A stretch of 46,410 bases of DNA from Catajapyx aquilonaris (Eukaryota). The stretch is from positions 1-46,410 of the forward strand of contig JYFJ02003111.1 of NCBI GenBank assembly GCA_000934665.2, given 5' to 3'. Both the position numbers and the translations under genes were made by a program. Below the pieces are notes generated by a model. The model was not told the origin of the DNA. It searched no databases and saw only the letters and a list, made by a program, of their open reading frames with translations. Below, piece by piece: positions 1 to 12,181 of this stretch; the first letter of the stretch is position 1; each line of letters starts with the position of its first letter.

Positions 1-524
1 TCCTGTATGGTGTGCGTTAGGTTCTTTCCCGTATGAGGCCTCTCGTGGACCCACACAGTAGCCACAAGTCTCTCCTCCACAGTGAACCCGCTCGTATCTG
101 CCATTTTGCACTGTTAACAGTGTTAACTTACTGTGGGTGTTGTTGGGGGTCCCCAGATGTCTCCCCTCATCAAGCAGTTCCGTCAGTGTCCAGAATATGT
201 CACACCAGCATCCCCGGCACATTTTCCATGCACAGATTTGTTTTGCAGGCAAAAAAAGCCAGGTGTCCTGGGACTTTTCGCCCACCCTGTAGATTTTTGC
301 TGACACATTTGTCCAGTAAAGTTTTGTTTCTGAGTCTAAAGCAGGTTTGTGTTATGTCATTGGGTTATTGTTGGGGTCCTCCAATCATTATGGGATGTTC
401 AAAAGGATGGGCAGTTACAGCTGACAGATAGATTCCAACTAAAACAATATTACAGCCAATGGGACCATTTGAACCCAACTTTACTTGTTCCCGTTTTTTT
501 GGCTTAAGATAGAATCTCTTGCAG

Positions 525-642
525 CTCCAGTCCAAGCATCTAGCAATTTGAAGATGAATGCGAATGATGTGGCCATACCTCGACGCCAAGGAGTCCCCCT
601 TCAGAGGTCCATGAAGCAGAAACTGCCCTCTGGCAAGGAAAA
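525..642 (+). CDS. CKAP2: CKAP2-family gene, internal exon (first one found in window)
   Basis: Acceptor ttgcag| (an in-phase alternative atag| would start the exon at 513) and donor AA|gtaagt. Reads xPVQASSNLKMNANDVAIPRRQGVPLQRSMKQKLPSGKE. The phase-2 end AA joins T at 7390 to give AAT in the next exon's open frame. Confidence 0.65.
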
Positions 643-773
643 GTAAGTGCTGGCTGTCTATAAAACATTAAATCCTAGTTTGGAAGCATAATTTGCAGGC
701 AAGCTGACCTACAAGTAGTCCCCCCTTTACCATGCTCCATTTTATGACATTTCATACCGTATTACCTCACTTA

Positions 774-930
774 AGGTGTGTTTACATGTGAGCGATTTGA
801 TCACCAGTCGATGAATCCAATTGAGGCGAAAATCGATTGCTACCATGATTGTTACTTTCGGCCCAAACAATTGGATTCATCGCCCGGCGATGGCATCGCG
901 CTATCAAATCGCTCACATGTAAACACACCT
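774..930. mobile_element. hairpin MITE (PIF/Harbinger-like) nested in an older hairpin at about 763-1021
   Basis: aggtgtgtttacatgtgagcgatttgat ... atcaaatcgctcacatgtaaacacacct with TTA on both sides; outer arms tacctcactta / taagtgaggta. Confidence 0.75.
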
Positions 931-1432
931 TTAAAGCGGCATGCCGGTGTAGTCGAGGTTGACCAGTTTTTGGAAATGCACTATCTGGTGGCGATACCGG
1001 CATGCCGGTCTAAGTGAGGTATGCCAGTATAAGGCGAGGTTTTGTTAACCCAGATATGCTGGGAAACATTTTTGTTCAATTTTTGAACTTTTTTTGTATA
1101 TTCGTTGATATTAGTTCCCAAACACGACAATCAAGAAAAAACCTATTTCTGAATGCTTGTTTAAGAGAAAATGGCCATTCCCTATGATATATTATGGGAT
1201 GCTAGGAAAATGTAACCTAGTATGGCTATAATACGGTAGTTGTTGATTTGGCAACAGTGACATTCAGCAACATCAGTTAGTTTCATAATATCACCAATGA
1301 TTGATTGTTGCCGATTGCATTGCCACGGAAACAGGCTGTGCAAAGAATGGGTTGTAATTGAGTAACAATCAACAGCAATCAATCATTGTTGCCATGTTAA
1401 CTAATAATTGCCATGTAATCTCGTTTTAATTG

Positions 1433-1838
1433 TATGGATTCATTAAAATACAGTTCAACAAAGCGTACAAAATCCACACACATACCTTACTTGTCCATAT
1501 CTGGGTGCAGATGCCTGAGAGTAGGGTTGAAATCTGGTGTCCTCTGATCTGGGGAACACATGTGATGGGGCATCCTCCCCATAAGTCGCTTTCATCTCAT
1601 CAAACGTCTCCCGTGGTATGCGGCCATTCAAGTACCGGAACCTGATGACCGCTCTGCACTCAACTGGTTCCATGATCACACCTTACTCCACATTGGCACA
1701 TGTAACAGTGAAACTATTCGGAGTTCAGAGCTGCAAATGACCACGTTGCCTAGAGAGATATGTTTCATTGCACACGCTCAATTTCATCCTACAATAACCG
1801 GAAGTGGGTCAGGGGAAATCTTTAATGAACCCCCCTCG
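1433..1838 (-). mobile_element. deleted mariner element (N-terminal HTH remnant)
   Basis: MEPVECRAVIRFRYLNG...FDEMKATYGEDAPS; end TA-CGAGGGG typical of mariner. Confidence 0.75.
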
Positions 1839-2747
1839 TACATACATTAGTACATTAAAACTTGTGAATAGCTCATTTCTATGGTATTAATGACCAATTT
1901 CTGATTATCCATGGTTTCCGAGTATCTGGCGACACGTGCAGTCATGAGCCCGGATCATCGGAAGTACAGTGCATATCGATGTTTTTTCGGACTTAAATTT
2001 TGTTTTTGGCAATGCACGGATAATCTGCACCCGGATAATCGGGAGTATAATAATTATACTGTTCCTACCCCCACCAGTAGGAATGCATTTGCGGGGAAAA
2101 CCGTAGGAAAAAACAAACGGATCCTCCATCTGAAACAATGCAACACAAAATTCTAAATTTAACATTAAAATTAAGTTTTAAAGTTTAAATTCAAATTCTA
2201 TATATTACAATTAAAATGTTAAAACCTATCGGGCGAAGATCGCCGTTTTTGTCTGATCATGTTTGGTGAAGATAGCCGGTTTTGGCTTATCCATCAGATT
2301 TCATCATTTTATTTTGGCCCCAAATAAACTCATTTCGATCTGGCTCTTTGGCTCATTAGTTGCACCTCTACTTGAAGATTCTAATGATGGTGTTAACTCA
2401 AAGACAACAAAAATTTAAGACAGCCAGTTTTGGGGGCTGCCTCCTCATATAATCCCACTGTACCTGAAGTTCACATGAAAGACTTCCAAATGTATGCTGG
2501 GATTGTTTGATCCCTCCTGAACGTCAATTCTGTCCTGTGTTGCCCCACTTGTGATAAGAATGGTAAACTGCACAAGTTGTAACAGAGGTTACACAAACAA
2601 CGGACACCAATATTCAGCAAAAAATATATGCAGGAAATGGATTTCAATAATTGATTTTTGTAATATCCTGTTTACCATAGTGTTTGCTATTGTGATAAAA
2701 TGCTTAAAGATGAGAAAATAATGTTACAGAACGACGTGAACAATATA

Positions 2748-3617
2748 CAGTGCACCCCGCTTAATTGGTCCCCCGGTTTATTGCCCCCCCGCATTTTTGG
2801 ACCGAATCACCAGGGCTGCAATCAAATCAATACCACAAATGTAATTTTTCCCTGCATAGCTGGTGATTTCCCTGGTTAGTCGGACCAGTTTGGTTGCTGT
2901 AATGCTATACTACTTACTGCACATAACGCCTGTAGGGCTTGTGATTAAGGGACCATTCCTAAGTCATTTACAGTAGTGCATCTGGGGGTGGAACATGCCA
3001 TTATTGATCAAGTGGCGGCAAGTACCAAAAGGAGGAGGATGACCAAGAAAGTGAGGAAGATGAAACACACGAGCCCATTCCAGTGACAGCCACAGAAGCG
3101 GGGAATTCTGTGGCTATTTTAAGACAATTTTTCATGCAGGTAGGGAATGACGGCGGTCCTGTGACTGCACTCGACACCTGCACAGACTTTGTTAACATGA
3201 AGTCATAAACAAGAACCTGGCAGGTGTTACTAGACAATTTTTACAGTGGAGTGAGCACTAAAATTACCGTACAGTCCTGCAGTACTTTGCACTTCCATGA
3301 CATTTGCATGACACAGTTACTTTTATACGACGATTTTACCTTCACCTGTTGCATAATTATTTTTGAGGATTAAGGGCTGAATCTTCGCCGTATCGCGCAA
3401 ACCTGCGGGAGGGGCGCGCAAACGGGGAGTTACCACACCTTCCACACCTGCAGGTTTGCGTGATATGTCGAAGATTCAGCCCTAAAGCTGGTAGTGCAGT
3501 CTAATTTTTTGCGGTTTTTTTCCCATTGTTTCATAAGAACCCCGGTTATTAGAGCTCCCGCTTTATTGGGCCAAAATGCCATGGCCCCCATGTGGTCCAA
3601 ATAAGCGGGGCGCAGTG
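2748..3617 (+). mobile_element. non-autonomous pogo/Tigger-like element
   Basis: TIRs cagtgcaccccgcttaattgg / ccaaataagcggggcgcagtg with TA flanks; acidic transposase C-terminal remnant EEDDQESEEDETHEP...LRQFFMQ. Confidence 0.7.
3374..3482. mobile_element. hairpin MITE (PIF/Harbinger-like)
   Basis: gggctgaatcttcg ... cgaagattcagccc, TAA TSD. Confidence 0.75.
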
Positions 3618-4024
3618 TATTCCCAAAGAAGTGTCATCACAGACGGTGAGAAAAAGATGCTGCTTGATGGAAAAAAAATTATCTCTTATTAAAATAAAGT
3701 TTAGACTCATTTAATACATTTTGTATGAGGTAATAAGTGGTAAGAAGAAAGTAATAGTGACATGGCGCAAAAGCATCTAAAGGCTGACGAGGAATTAATA
3801 TTCCATTTTCAGGACATGAAAAGAGCAACTAAATTTAGAATGACCCATATATTCCAATCAGGGTACCCCAACTCGCAAAGATATCTTGTCAGTGCTTTAC
3901 CATTCCCGCTTAGGTAAGCTGTCCAGGCTGACATCGAGAGGTCATAACTTTTGACCTTGTCGAGTTGTGCTGCTGTTTGCATTTTAGTTAATAACTTACC
4001 CACCTACATTATTGTGCCAAGTTT

Positions 4025-4116
4025 TAGGGCGACACGGTGGCAGAGTGGTTAGTGCCACAGCCTTCCACCTCTAAGGACCCGAGTTCGATCCCCGGGTCAG
4101 ACGGAAGATACTTATG

Positions 4117-4159
<43 letters not shown>

Positions 4160-4658
4160 TAATAATAATAATGATAATAATAATCCGGGTAGTGCTTGAC
4201 CTCATCTGAGGTATATAGCACAGACCTTTATTTTATACTCATACATACATCGGAACCTTTATACGTATAACGCCCGGGCCCACGGGCAGGTTGACAGGAG
4301 GGGATGTGCAAGGTGCAGTGCAATGTCTTTATGTGGCCATTTTTAGTGAACTCCCCCGGGTGGATTAGTCTGTAGGAAATACCACCCGAGACGAAGCCAG
4401 AGGTGACCCTGAACTCTGCACGAGATGAAGGGGGCGTCCCCGGGCTGGGATCGAACCTGGGACCTTAACATCCGTGGGCGCATACGTTACCGCAGCACCA
4501 CTCCGCCTCCCCTACTTATGTGAATAGAGTTTTGATGCGTTCTCTCCGTGTTCGCATGGGTTTTCTCGGGGTTCTCCCGTTTCCTCCCACTACCAAAATC
4601 CATCACATTTCCGGCAAATGATTAAAGTCGGATATTCAAAAGATGATCACGGGGTATC

Positions 4659-4716
<58 letters not shown>
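4025..4716 (+). mobile_element. tRNA-derived SINE family C, interrupted by another SINE
   Basis: A box tggcagagtgg, B box gagttcgatcc, (ATT)n tail, TSD attattgt(g/a)ccaagttt at 4008-4024 and 4717-4733. Confidence 0.85.
4123..4512 (-). mobile_element. tRNA-derived SINE family A
   Basis: Head ggggaggcggagtgg...ggttcgatccc, (ATT)n tail, perfect 14-bp TSD tacttatgtgaata at 4109-4122 and 4513-4526. Confidence 0.9.
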
Positions 4717-4722
<6 letters not shown>

Positions 4723-4959
4723 GTACCAAGTTTCATTCAGAAACTCCATCTACAATGATTGACCTTCCCTTGTCAGGAGGATACTAAAAAAATGTGAATT
4801 AAATGGCATTCATCACTGACGGCATCAAACGAAGATCTCCTCAAAGGTGAAACTCAAATGTGCTATATTTTCAATATTTATTCATTTCAGCAACTGTGAA
4901 ATTCTTCCAAGTGACTAGAATATTCTCCTCCAAACGACCAGGGGGGGAAGGGGGGGGNA

Positions 4960-5164
4960 TATTTATATTTAAAATTTAATATTGAGTGTTTGTCGTCTGA
5001 GATGGGCAGGGGTGGGGGACGGGACGGGTTGTTTATAGGTTTATTTTTACAAGTTTTAATTTAGTTCATATTTTGGGTTAGCTTGTGGCTCCCGTCATCG
5101 CTGACTACCCCTTATAGGGAAATGTCGTGATGGTGGTGGTGGTGGTGTTGTTGTTTTTGTTGTT
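4960..5164 (+). mobile_element. LINE-like 3' end fragment with (GGT/GTT)n tail
   Basis: Homologous to the 6725-6872 insertion; simple-repeat tail. Confidence 0.6.
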
Positions 5165-5316
5165 AATTTCATTCAGAATATGTTGTTGTTGTAAGCGTTT
5201 ACTTATTCCAGTGTCGGCCTGCGGCTCGTACCACTTGGCCGACCCTCTACAATTTTTTTGCGAAACCTAGTTACATAACAATACACTACTACACAAGAAT
5301 ACAATACAATACAATA

Positions 5317-5779
5317 GGCGTATTCGGCAATTCAGGAATCTGACTTCCTGGGCTGTTTGGATGTTCGGCAAATCAGGTGCCACGCCCCCTGAAGTAAGTG
5401 CGCATGCGCTCTACCTGACTTCCCAAGCTCAGGAACTTAGTGTACTCCTGACCTGACTTACTTGCTGAGAAACATGGCGGACAACAAATTATTGTTATGG
5501 ATGCAGCAGTGTTGCCAATGCAAAATGCCCAAAACCTCCGCGAGAGGACCTGAAAATATCCGATTTTACCCGCATTTTCATTTTACCCGCACCATTACCC
5601 GCAAGCGTCCGAAATAAGGCACCGAAATACCCTAACATTGACATATCACTGGGATGCAGCACAGGCGGGTAGGGGGGTCTCTCAGTTCGGCCGTTTGGCA
5701 ATAACTTTCTGAGGGGCAGGGCTAACAACTCAGATATCACGTGACGCATCTCAGAATAATCTGAATTGCCGAATACGCC
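5317..5779. mobile_element. MITE
   Basis: TIRs ggcgtattcggcaattcag / ctgaattgccgaatacgcc with CAATA on both flanks. Confidence 0.8.
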
Positions 5780-6097
5780 CAATACTACAATACTATCCCC
5801 AAGTTCCACAGTTTCTCCATGATCGTAACCCTATCCACTGAGTCGAACGTTGCCTTTAGATCGATGAATAGTGCATAAAGTTTCCCCCTCTTCTTACTGA
5901 GTCTATGCTGCACCAATGAGTTCAGTATAAATGTATTATCCATGGTACTTCTTCCCTTCCTAAACCCTGCTTGTCCCTCATGTAGCGTGCCCTCTCCTTC
6001 CCCCCAAGCCCTGATCCTCGCATCTGTCACTATCGCCCATATCTTGTACACTCCGTTCAATAGAGCTAACACACACGCACCCCCCNCCCCCCCCATA

Positions 6098-6236
6098 CTG
6101 CCGTCAGATGTAAGAACTCAAAAACTAGTAAGGGTGAAAGTTGCATGCATGCCCTGCACTAATCCCCTTTGAGTCATAGGGAATTAGTGCAGGACATGCA
6201 TGCGACTTTCACCCATACTAGTGTTTCTGACGGCAT
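6098..6236. mobile_element. hairpin MITE inside the LINE RT
   Basis: Arms ctgccgtcaga...gcatgcatgccctgcactaat / attagtgcaggacatgcatgc...tctgacggca; splits the NY...ALLN motif. Confidence 0.7.
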
Positions 6237-6603
6237 TATAGTTCTTTGCCATTCTTCGCTCCCCACTTTTGTGGATGAGCCACAACCGTGCCTCTTTCCA
6301 TACATCTGATATTCTCTCGCTTTCCCAAATTTTCAGGAACAACTCCTTGATTTCTTTAACCACCACTTCCCCTCCATTATTCAAAAACTCATTTGGAAGC
6401 CCGTCCGTCCCTGGTGCTTTCCTCGTTTTCAGTCTCCTCATGCAGTCTGTTATCTCCTCCTCCGTTATGTCAGCATCCCACCGTCCTGCCACCTGTTCCC
6501 CTCTGCCTCCCGGGATTTCCCCTGAAATGGTTAGATTTGAATCAAATCGCATCGTATGTGTGAATCGATGTGGATTGATATATCAGCTACACTTGAGTAT
6601 GTA

Positions 6604-6975
6604 CAGTCCCGAGCATAAAGTTGGAGATGCTGCGGGCCTTCTCTGACCTTCCATTGTCCGACTCAAATTAATTGACTCTTTTTGGACCCAGTTAGCTGCT
6701 TTGTGCATGTTTGTGTATTTATAAACTCATGAGAATAAACCTAAAAAACAACCTGTCCCACCCCCCACCCCTGCCCACCTCTGTTCATATGTTGGGTTAG
6801 CTTGCGTCTCCCTTCATCGCTGACTACCCCTCATAGGGAAATGTCGTGATGTTGTTGTTGTTGTTGTTGTTGTTGTGTATTTATAACCATCTATTTGATA
6901 CCATAATGGCAGGGATTGGCAGAGCACCCTGGCGAAGGTGAGGGCCTGCCGTCTCCAACTTTATGCTCGGGACTG
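6604..6975. mobile_element. Tc1/mariner-type MITE carrying a retro-insertion
   Basis: TIRs cagtcccgagcataaagttggaga / tctccaactttatgctcgggactg with TA flanks. Confidence 0.8.
6725..6872 (+). mobile_element. short 5'-inverted retrocopy of a LINE 3' end
   Basis: 14-bp TSD ttgtgtatttataa at 6711-6724 and 6873-6886; (GTT)n tail. Confidence 0.8.
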
Positions 6976-7389
6976 TACAACACGATGCAATTCTAATAGG
7001 ACAGCAGCAATGCCATACCTATGGGTCCAGACTTTAGGGTCTCCCTCTATACAGTATAAAATTTTAAGAATTTTGTATACACAAATACAGGTAATGATGC
7101 TAGTGATAATATGGAAATTTCCATTTGTGACGCGACATGCCAGCACTTTTAAAAAATTGGATTTTGGAGGTTTTGGGAATTTCGGATAAAGGATTCTCAA
7201 CCAGTGTCTAGACTCTCAGAGAAAAAAGACATTCTAGAGACTCAGGTTAGAACACTGTTATACATTGTCGGAGTTTAATTTGTGTGTATGCCATGTTGAT
7301 TGTTGGTGTCATGTGAAGTACTGATTTAAATAACTGAAGGAGCAGCATCTTGTAGATACTCACGTATTTTTTCTCTTTTTTGTGTATAG

Positions 7390-7870
7390 TGGTGAGAAAA
7401 AACCAATGGTCTCAACTAAAAAGATGGTTGTACCACTGACCAACCACACAAGCAGCAATCAAAGGAGCCACTCTGCTACTGCTACTGCAAAACCAGCTGC
7501 AGTTGTGAATGGGCCCTGGTTCAAGCATGCTGAACACAGCCAATTCACCAAGGCAGTGGATTTGGCTGTGTGTATGTCTTCTGGACAAGCCCCAAAGCCA
7601 GTCTCAGCTCAGACAGCGCCGGCTGTTGTACGACAATCCAAGTCGAGTCAAATGCGTATGGATTTCTGCATAGAGAAAAAGCTGGGTCTTCCTAGGGGCA
7701 GCCTAAAAGTTGAGCGGGAATCCAAGACGAAAGTCCAGGAAATTAAGCAGATGAGGCAGGGAGGGAAAGAGAGCAGCAAGCCCTGCTCAAGCCTGCAGAC
7801 AGAGTTGCCATCGTGGTTGGCGCAGGTCACTGATGTGTCTCCAAAGACTGTGGCATTCTTTAAGGCACAG
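7390..7870 (+). CDS. CKAP2: CKAP2-family gene, exon (basic, Ser/Thr/Lys-rich region)
   Basis: Polypyrimidine tract plus tatag| acceptor; open frame of ORF 7382..7897; donor CAG|gtcagt in phase 0; followed by a 74-bp intron with a tactgac branch-like motif. Confidence 0.8.
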
Positions 7871-7944
7871 GTCAGTTCTTCACACATTGTATTCTAAAAT
7901 AAGTATTACTGACATTATTAGTAATAAATGATATCTTGGAATAG

Positions 7945-8811
7945 ATGGAGGCATTTGGAAGTTCCACAAAGAAGGTGAAGGAGACGTCTCGGCATGTGAC
8001 ATTTATGGTGCAGAGTTCACCAGGAGCACATGGTGGTTCAAAAAGGAAACTACCAGTCACGCCTATGCCAAAAAAGCCCACCAACTCCACCACCATTACA
8101 AGTGCCAGGAAACTTAGCTTGCTACCTAGTATAAGTACCAGGGTACCCACTTCTCCTGGGAAGGTCAATTTGCCATCGACAGACAAGAGGAAGTCACTTG
8201 GAATGCCATCATTCCTAGAGAGAAAATCAAAGTTTCGTGAATGGCTGGGGCAAAAGGATGTCACCCCAGTGCATTACAACCAACATGGGAAGTGCCTTAG
8301 GCACAGTTTGGAGGAATTTGGGAAACAACTGGAGGAACAAGCAGCACAGGAGCAGGTGACAGCTGTGCTAAATACATCCTTTGTGATCGAGCCAGCCCAT
8401 TCACTGGATGTCATTAGTGAGGAGGGATCCCAATCATATGATGCAATGCTACAGCCATCAGGCTATTTCATGGCACCCGAAGTAAGGGTATATGTCAATA
8501 GAGAGAAGCACAAGATTTCTCCAGTGGTTTCACATGCCATTTTGGGGCCAGAAGAAGTGGAAGGAACAATAAGTGAGGAGGAACCATATTCCCAGGAGGT
8601 AGAACTTGCAGCACTCATGCAGCTTGTGTATTGTGAAGGGCATGATGCTTTGTGGTGTGTTGAGGACCGACTGGCAAAGCTTCGAGCCTCAGGTTTATTG
8701 GATAAGGAAGATGCCAAGTACTGGGAGCTCCTGGCAACAGTGATGGTCCTCCAGGGGAAAATATGTACTGCTTTTGACTGCTGTTTTGAGGCCATGCTCA
8801 GGGCGAAAAAT
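7945..8811 (+). CDS. CKAP2: CKAP2-family gene, large exon entering the conserved C-terminal region
   Basis: atag|ATG acceptor in phase 0, 289 open codons, donor AAT|gtaagt. DAKYWELLA...CCFEAMLRA resembles the CKAP2 C-terminal KYWICLA...YEKAILAGA segment (recalled from memory). Confidence 0.82.
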
Positions 8812-8909
8812 GTAAGTGAGGATTTTTTGAGTGGTAATTATTTTCACTTGCAGCATGTGAAGTATTTCATAAGACGTATTGGTTAATTTTGCGTAGTGAA
8901 TTCATTATA

Positions 8910-9772
8910 CAAGTGACTCCGGACATAACAGCCTTGGCTCTAACAGATTCTCGGTTATAACAGACTCGAAAGGCAGGTCTCGCCATACTTCCATACGGCC
9001 CTGTGTATTTTTACTCCCGATATAACAGACTCATTTTCACCTCTCCTCGGCAATGACATACAATTTTTTGGCCCCTCGGTGGGGAAATAGGCTGCTTTTG
9101 ATTACTCCTCTTCCTTTCCCACGTGCAGGAAGGCAGATAATACTGAAGTGGGAATGATAATAATTAATAATTTAATATATTATAATAATTTGATACCCCA
9201 TTATCAGCCTACGGGCCTTCCTAGGGGGGGATTTCTCCCAATTTTTTTGTCTGGAACTCTTCCATTTTTTTACTATTTTTCTCATCTTCGGAATGAAGCA
9301 GGGAAAGGGAAGGAAGGAAGCGGCTGTGACCTATATTGCGGTAACGACCCCGGAATTATCCTGCAAGGACCATGGGAAACCACAGAAAACCATGGTCAGG
9401 GTCGCCGGCCTCCGGGATTCGAACCCAGGACCTCCCGATTAGCAGTCGGATACCCTATCCACTGAAGTGGGAATGATTTCTGCATCTGTCACTCAAAATG
9501 TTACTCAAAATCATACTTTTTCTGGTATATTTGGCAACAAGGAGACAGCAGAAAAAAAATTACATATTTTTTTTGGTCCTGCCTAATTCGTAGGTGAGCT
9601 AATTGTGCATTTTGTGGATAGTTCCATTAATACATGCAGTAGTGTGCATTATAAGCATATGGAAAGCAGAAAACATGTGTATTCATTGCAAAAGTGGCCA
9701 TTTGGCTATAACAGACCTTGGTTATAACAATATTTTCTGAGATCCCTTGAAGTCTTATATCCGGAGCAACTG
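8910..9772. mobile_element. TA-flanked MITE with repeated ggttataacagac motif (sibling of 44618-45053)
   Basis: TIRs caagtgactccggacataac / cttatatccggagcaactg; colinear with the second copy. Confidence 0.75.
9159..9460 (-). mobile_element. tRNA-derived SINE family B, 5'-truncated
   Basis: 17-bp TSD actgaagtgggaatgat at 9142-9158 and 9461-9477; B box ggttcgaatcc. Confidence 0.9.
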
Positions 9773-9793
9773 TAGTTCAACACAGAAGAAGAA

Positions 9794-10143
9794 GGGGAGG
9801 CGAAGTGGCGCAACAGTAACGTTCGCGCCCACGGATGTTAAGGTCCCGGGTTCGATTCCAACCCGGGGACACCCCCTTCATCTCGTGCAGAGTAAAGTGT
9901 CGTCTCTGACTTCGTCTCGGGTGGAATATCCGCAGACTAATCCACCCGGGGGAGCTCACAAAACGACCACATGCGGACAAGGCACTGCACTTGCACATCC
10001 CCTCCTGTCATCCCTTCCTGCCTGTGGGCCCGGGCGCTATACAAATAGGAACCAGTTGTAGTTGATGATTAATAATAAAGGCCCGGCAAGACCCCAATAG
10101 GGGTACGCCTACACCCAATTATTAAAAAATTATTTAAAAAAAA
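9794..10143 (+). mobile_element. tRNA-derived SINE family A
   Basis: 15-bp TSD aacacagaagaagaa at 9779-9793 and 10144-10158; A-rich tail. Confidence 0.9.
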
Positions 10144-11027
10144 AACACAGAAGAAGAATTTCTGTCAGAAATTCTGCCAATTTAGCTGATTCAGTAAGGA
10201 GGTAGGGCAATTCTGTGTGCAGTTGATCATGTTTTGCTTGGAAAAAATTTTCCCCGTTGGTGAGTGTAAGATATGTTTTAGTCCAGGTCAAGTAATGGTC
10301 ATTCCCACAGGGATTTGGTCCGCTGATGCGTGGTTGCCCATCTATATTGTACTTTGATCAAATGCATTTTGTAATACATGTTTCATATGCAAAATTATCT
10401 CCTCTTTTCGAAAAAAAAAATGTTAATCACCCAACAGCTGTGCAAATTAACGGCAAAAAGTGAGATTTTTGCAAAGAAATGTAATTTTCGAAATGAGGGC
10501 CACAGTCAAATGTCATCACATTGATATCAAAATACGCCTCATCCTCTATCTGTGATGTAAACTGAATTATGGCATACAAAAGGGTTGCGGAGCTACGGGC
10601 ACTGACATGGAGAGTTGGGAGTGCCCACGCTCGTAGAGTAAAAACGAGTGGCCCATACGTGTCTATAAATAATAGTGAACATTGATTTGGACTTGAACTA
10701 GGAAGGACTACTAGTACATATAAATAAACTAATAAGTAGCCTACGTGGAATTTATTCTATAACTAAACCAGGATTTTTTGGACATGAGCATGGAATATTT
10801 ATTTATTCTCATTCTAGGCCATGAGCCGGACAAGTTTTTGGTACCACTCGGGGGGACCGGTTCTAATGTGGTTTTTAGCAAGGTGTGGATGCCTAGAGAT
10901 GGAAAATAGGTGATAGCAAGCATAACTCTGCCTTATGTCTGAAATTATTGGATTAACAACTACAGGGCTATTCATAAGTCTTGACCCTATTTTAAAAATT
11001 CACCAAAAATACACTACACAACAGATA

Positions 11028-11577
11028 GTTGTAATTAATATACCAAAAGAACGAGAATGGATCCGAGTTTTTTTTTACAGCAAACCCCTCTCGTGTTGTA
11101 GCCTTGCTAGGAGGCATTAGTTAGAAAATGATAAATTATACATTATAAATGAACATGGAGGATTACCTCTTTCAACAAGATGGTGCTCCACCTCATTTCC
11201 ATACCCAGGTACGATGGTACTTCAACCAAAACCTACCACGACGTTGGATTGGACGCACAAGTCCCGATGATGAGGTGTTAATGCGGTGGCCACCCTGGTC
11301 ACCCGATTTAACTCACGACTTTTTCTTACTGGGATTTGTGAACGACACTGTCTTTGTGCCTCCACTCACTGCAAATATCCAGGAACTTTGCCACCACATC
11401 ACCTTGGCTGTCACAAACTCACAATGATTGACCGTAACATGCTTGCTCGCGTATGGGGCGAAATGGAGTATCGGCTAGATGTGTGCCGCATCTCCAGAGG
11501 AGGACACATTGAACATTTGTAATGTGTGTAAAAAAAACTCTGATCCTTTCTCGCTCCTTTGGTATATTAATTACAAC
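11028..11577 (+). mobile_element. deleted Tc1/mariner-superfamily element (catalytic C-terminal remnant)
   Basis: FQQDGAPPHF...RWIGR...WPPWSPDLT...GGHIEHL; about 50-bp TIRs; TA TSD. Confidence 0.85.
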
Positions 11578-11585
11578 TACCGGTA

Positions 11586-12181
11586 CCGTATTTACGCGCA
11601 TATAAGGCGCACCTTTTTCCCGATTTTTGTAGCTCAAAAAGTAGGGTGCGTCTCATACGGCACGGCACAACGGGTGATACCCATGAGAAATCGTTTATTG
11701 AAAAATTTAAAAACATCGAGGGCACCCGTTTCAGCTTCCATTGACTAACCATGCATTCATTCACGCCGAATTGCCTTGCAGTTTGCGGCAGCTTGTCGGT
11801 TTGATGTCCTGTCAGCACAGTTGATCACTTTCCTCTTGAAATCGGCACGGTACGACCTGCGTTTCTCCTTCACTTCCATTGTTATGCTCTCCCCGTCCAC
11901 ACATGTGCACAATTCCGGTGTGACCTTGCCACCTATACGTTTCAGATGCGTAGCATTGTCCCATTTTCCACTTGCCCCACCCTTTATACTGGATTCTAAT
12001 GGATTCCACACGCACATGCATTGCACACAAGGTTGCTGCCGGCAGCTCGAGGCCAGTTCCCAAACTACGGCAATAAATCTGGGTGCGTCTTATATAAGTC
12101 AACAACCGATTTTCCACGATTTTTCGCCTCAAAACCGAGGTGCGTCTTATACGCGTGTGCGTCTTATATGTGTAAATACGG
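11586..12181 (-). mobile_element. deleted pogo-like element (N-terminal DNA-binding remnant)
   Basis: TIRs ccgtatttacgcgcatataag / cttatatgtgtaaatacgg; RRSYRADFKRKVI...NRQAA/ARQFGVNE; TA TSD. Confidence 0.85.

Larger units (their letters stand above)
5180..6552 (-). mobile_element. degenerate, internally deleted non-LTR retrotransposon (RT fragments plus 3' tail)
   Basis: KAPGTDGLPNEF, QAGFRKGRSTMDN and LFIDLKATFDSVDR RT motifs; (CAA)n tail near 5180; interrupted by MITEs at 5317-5779 and 6098-6236. Confidence 0.85.

Noticed and set aside
2464..2567. Possible antisense exon (tgcag| ... CAG|gtacag on minus)
   Set aside because: No partner exons or recognisable peptide; could be a chance match.
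3784..3810. Hammerhead ribozyme core candidates (CTGANGA motifs here and at about 1642 and 24923)
   Set aside because: No stem II followed by GAAA could be built by eye; an Infernal scan would be definitive.
4024..4221. Poly-Tyr ORF
   Set aside because: It is a translation of the (ATT)n SINE tail.
4938..4960. G-runs as functional G-quadruplexes (also about 6080-6094, 19755-19773, 25423-25438)
   Set aside because: They lie within or next to repeats, and several contain N calls, so run lengths are unreliable.
7945..8886. Stand-alone 313-aa single-exon gene
   Set aside because: The ATG directly follows a splice acceptor, and the ORF end runs past a gtaagt donor at 8812; it is an internal exon.
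8910..9772. CRISPR-like short repeats (ggttataacagac; also taactcgaa at 35717-36233 and cggataatc repeats)
   Set aside because: Irregular spacing, both orientations, enclosed by TIRs, no cas genes and a eukaryotic context; these are subterminal MITE repeats.
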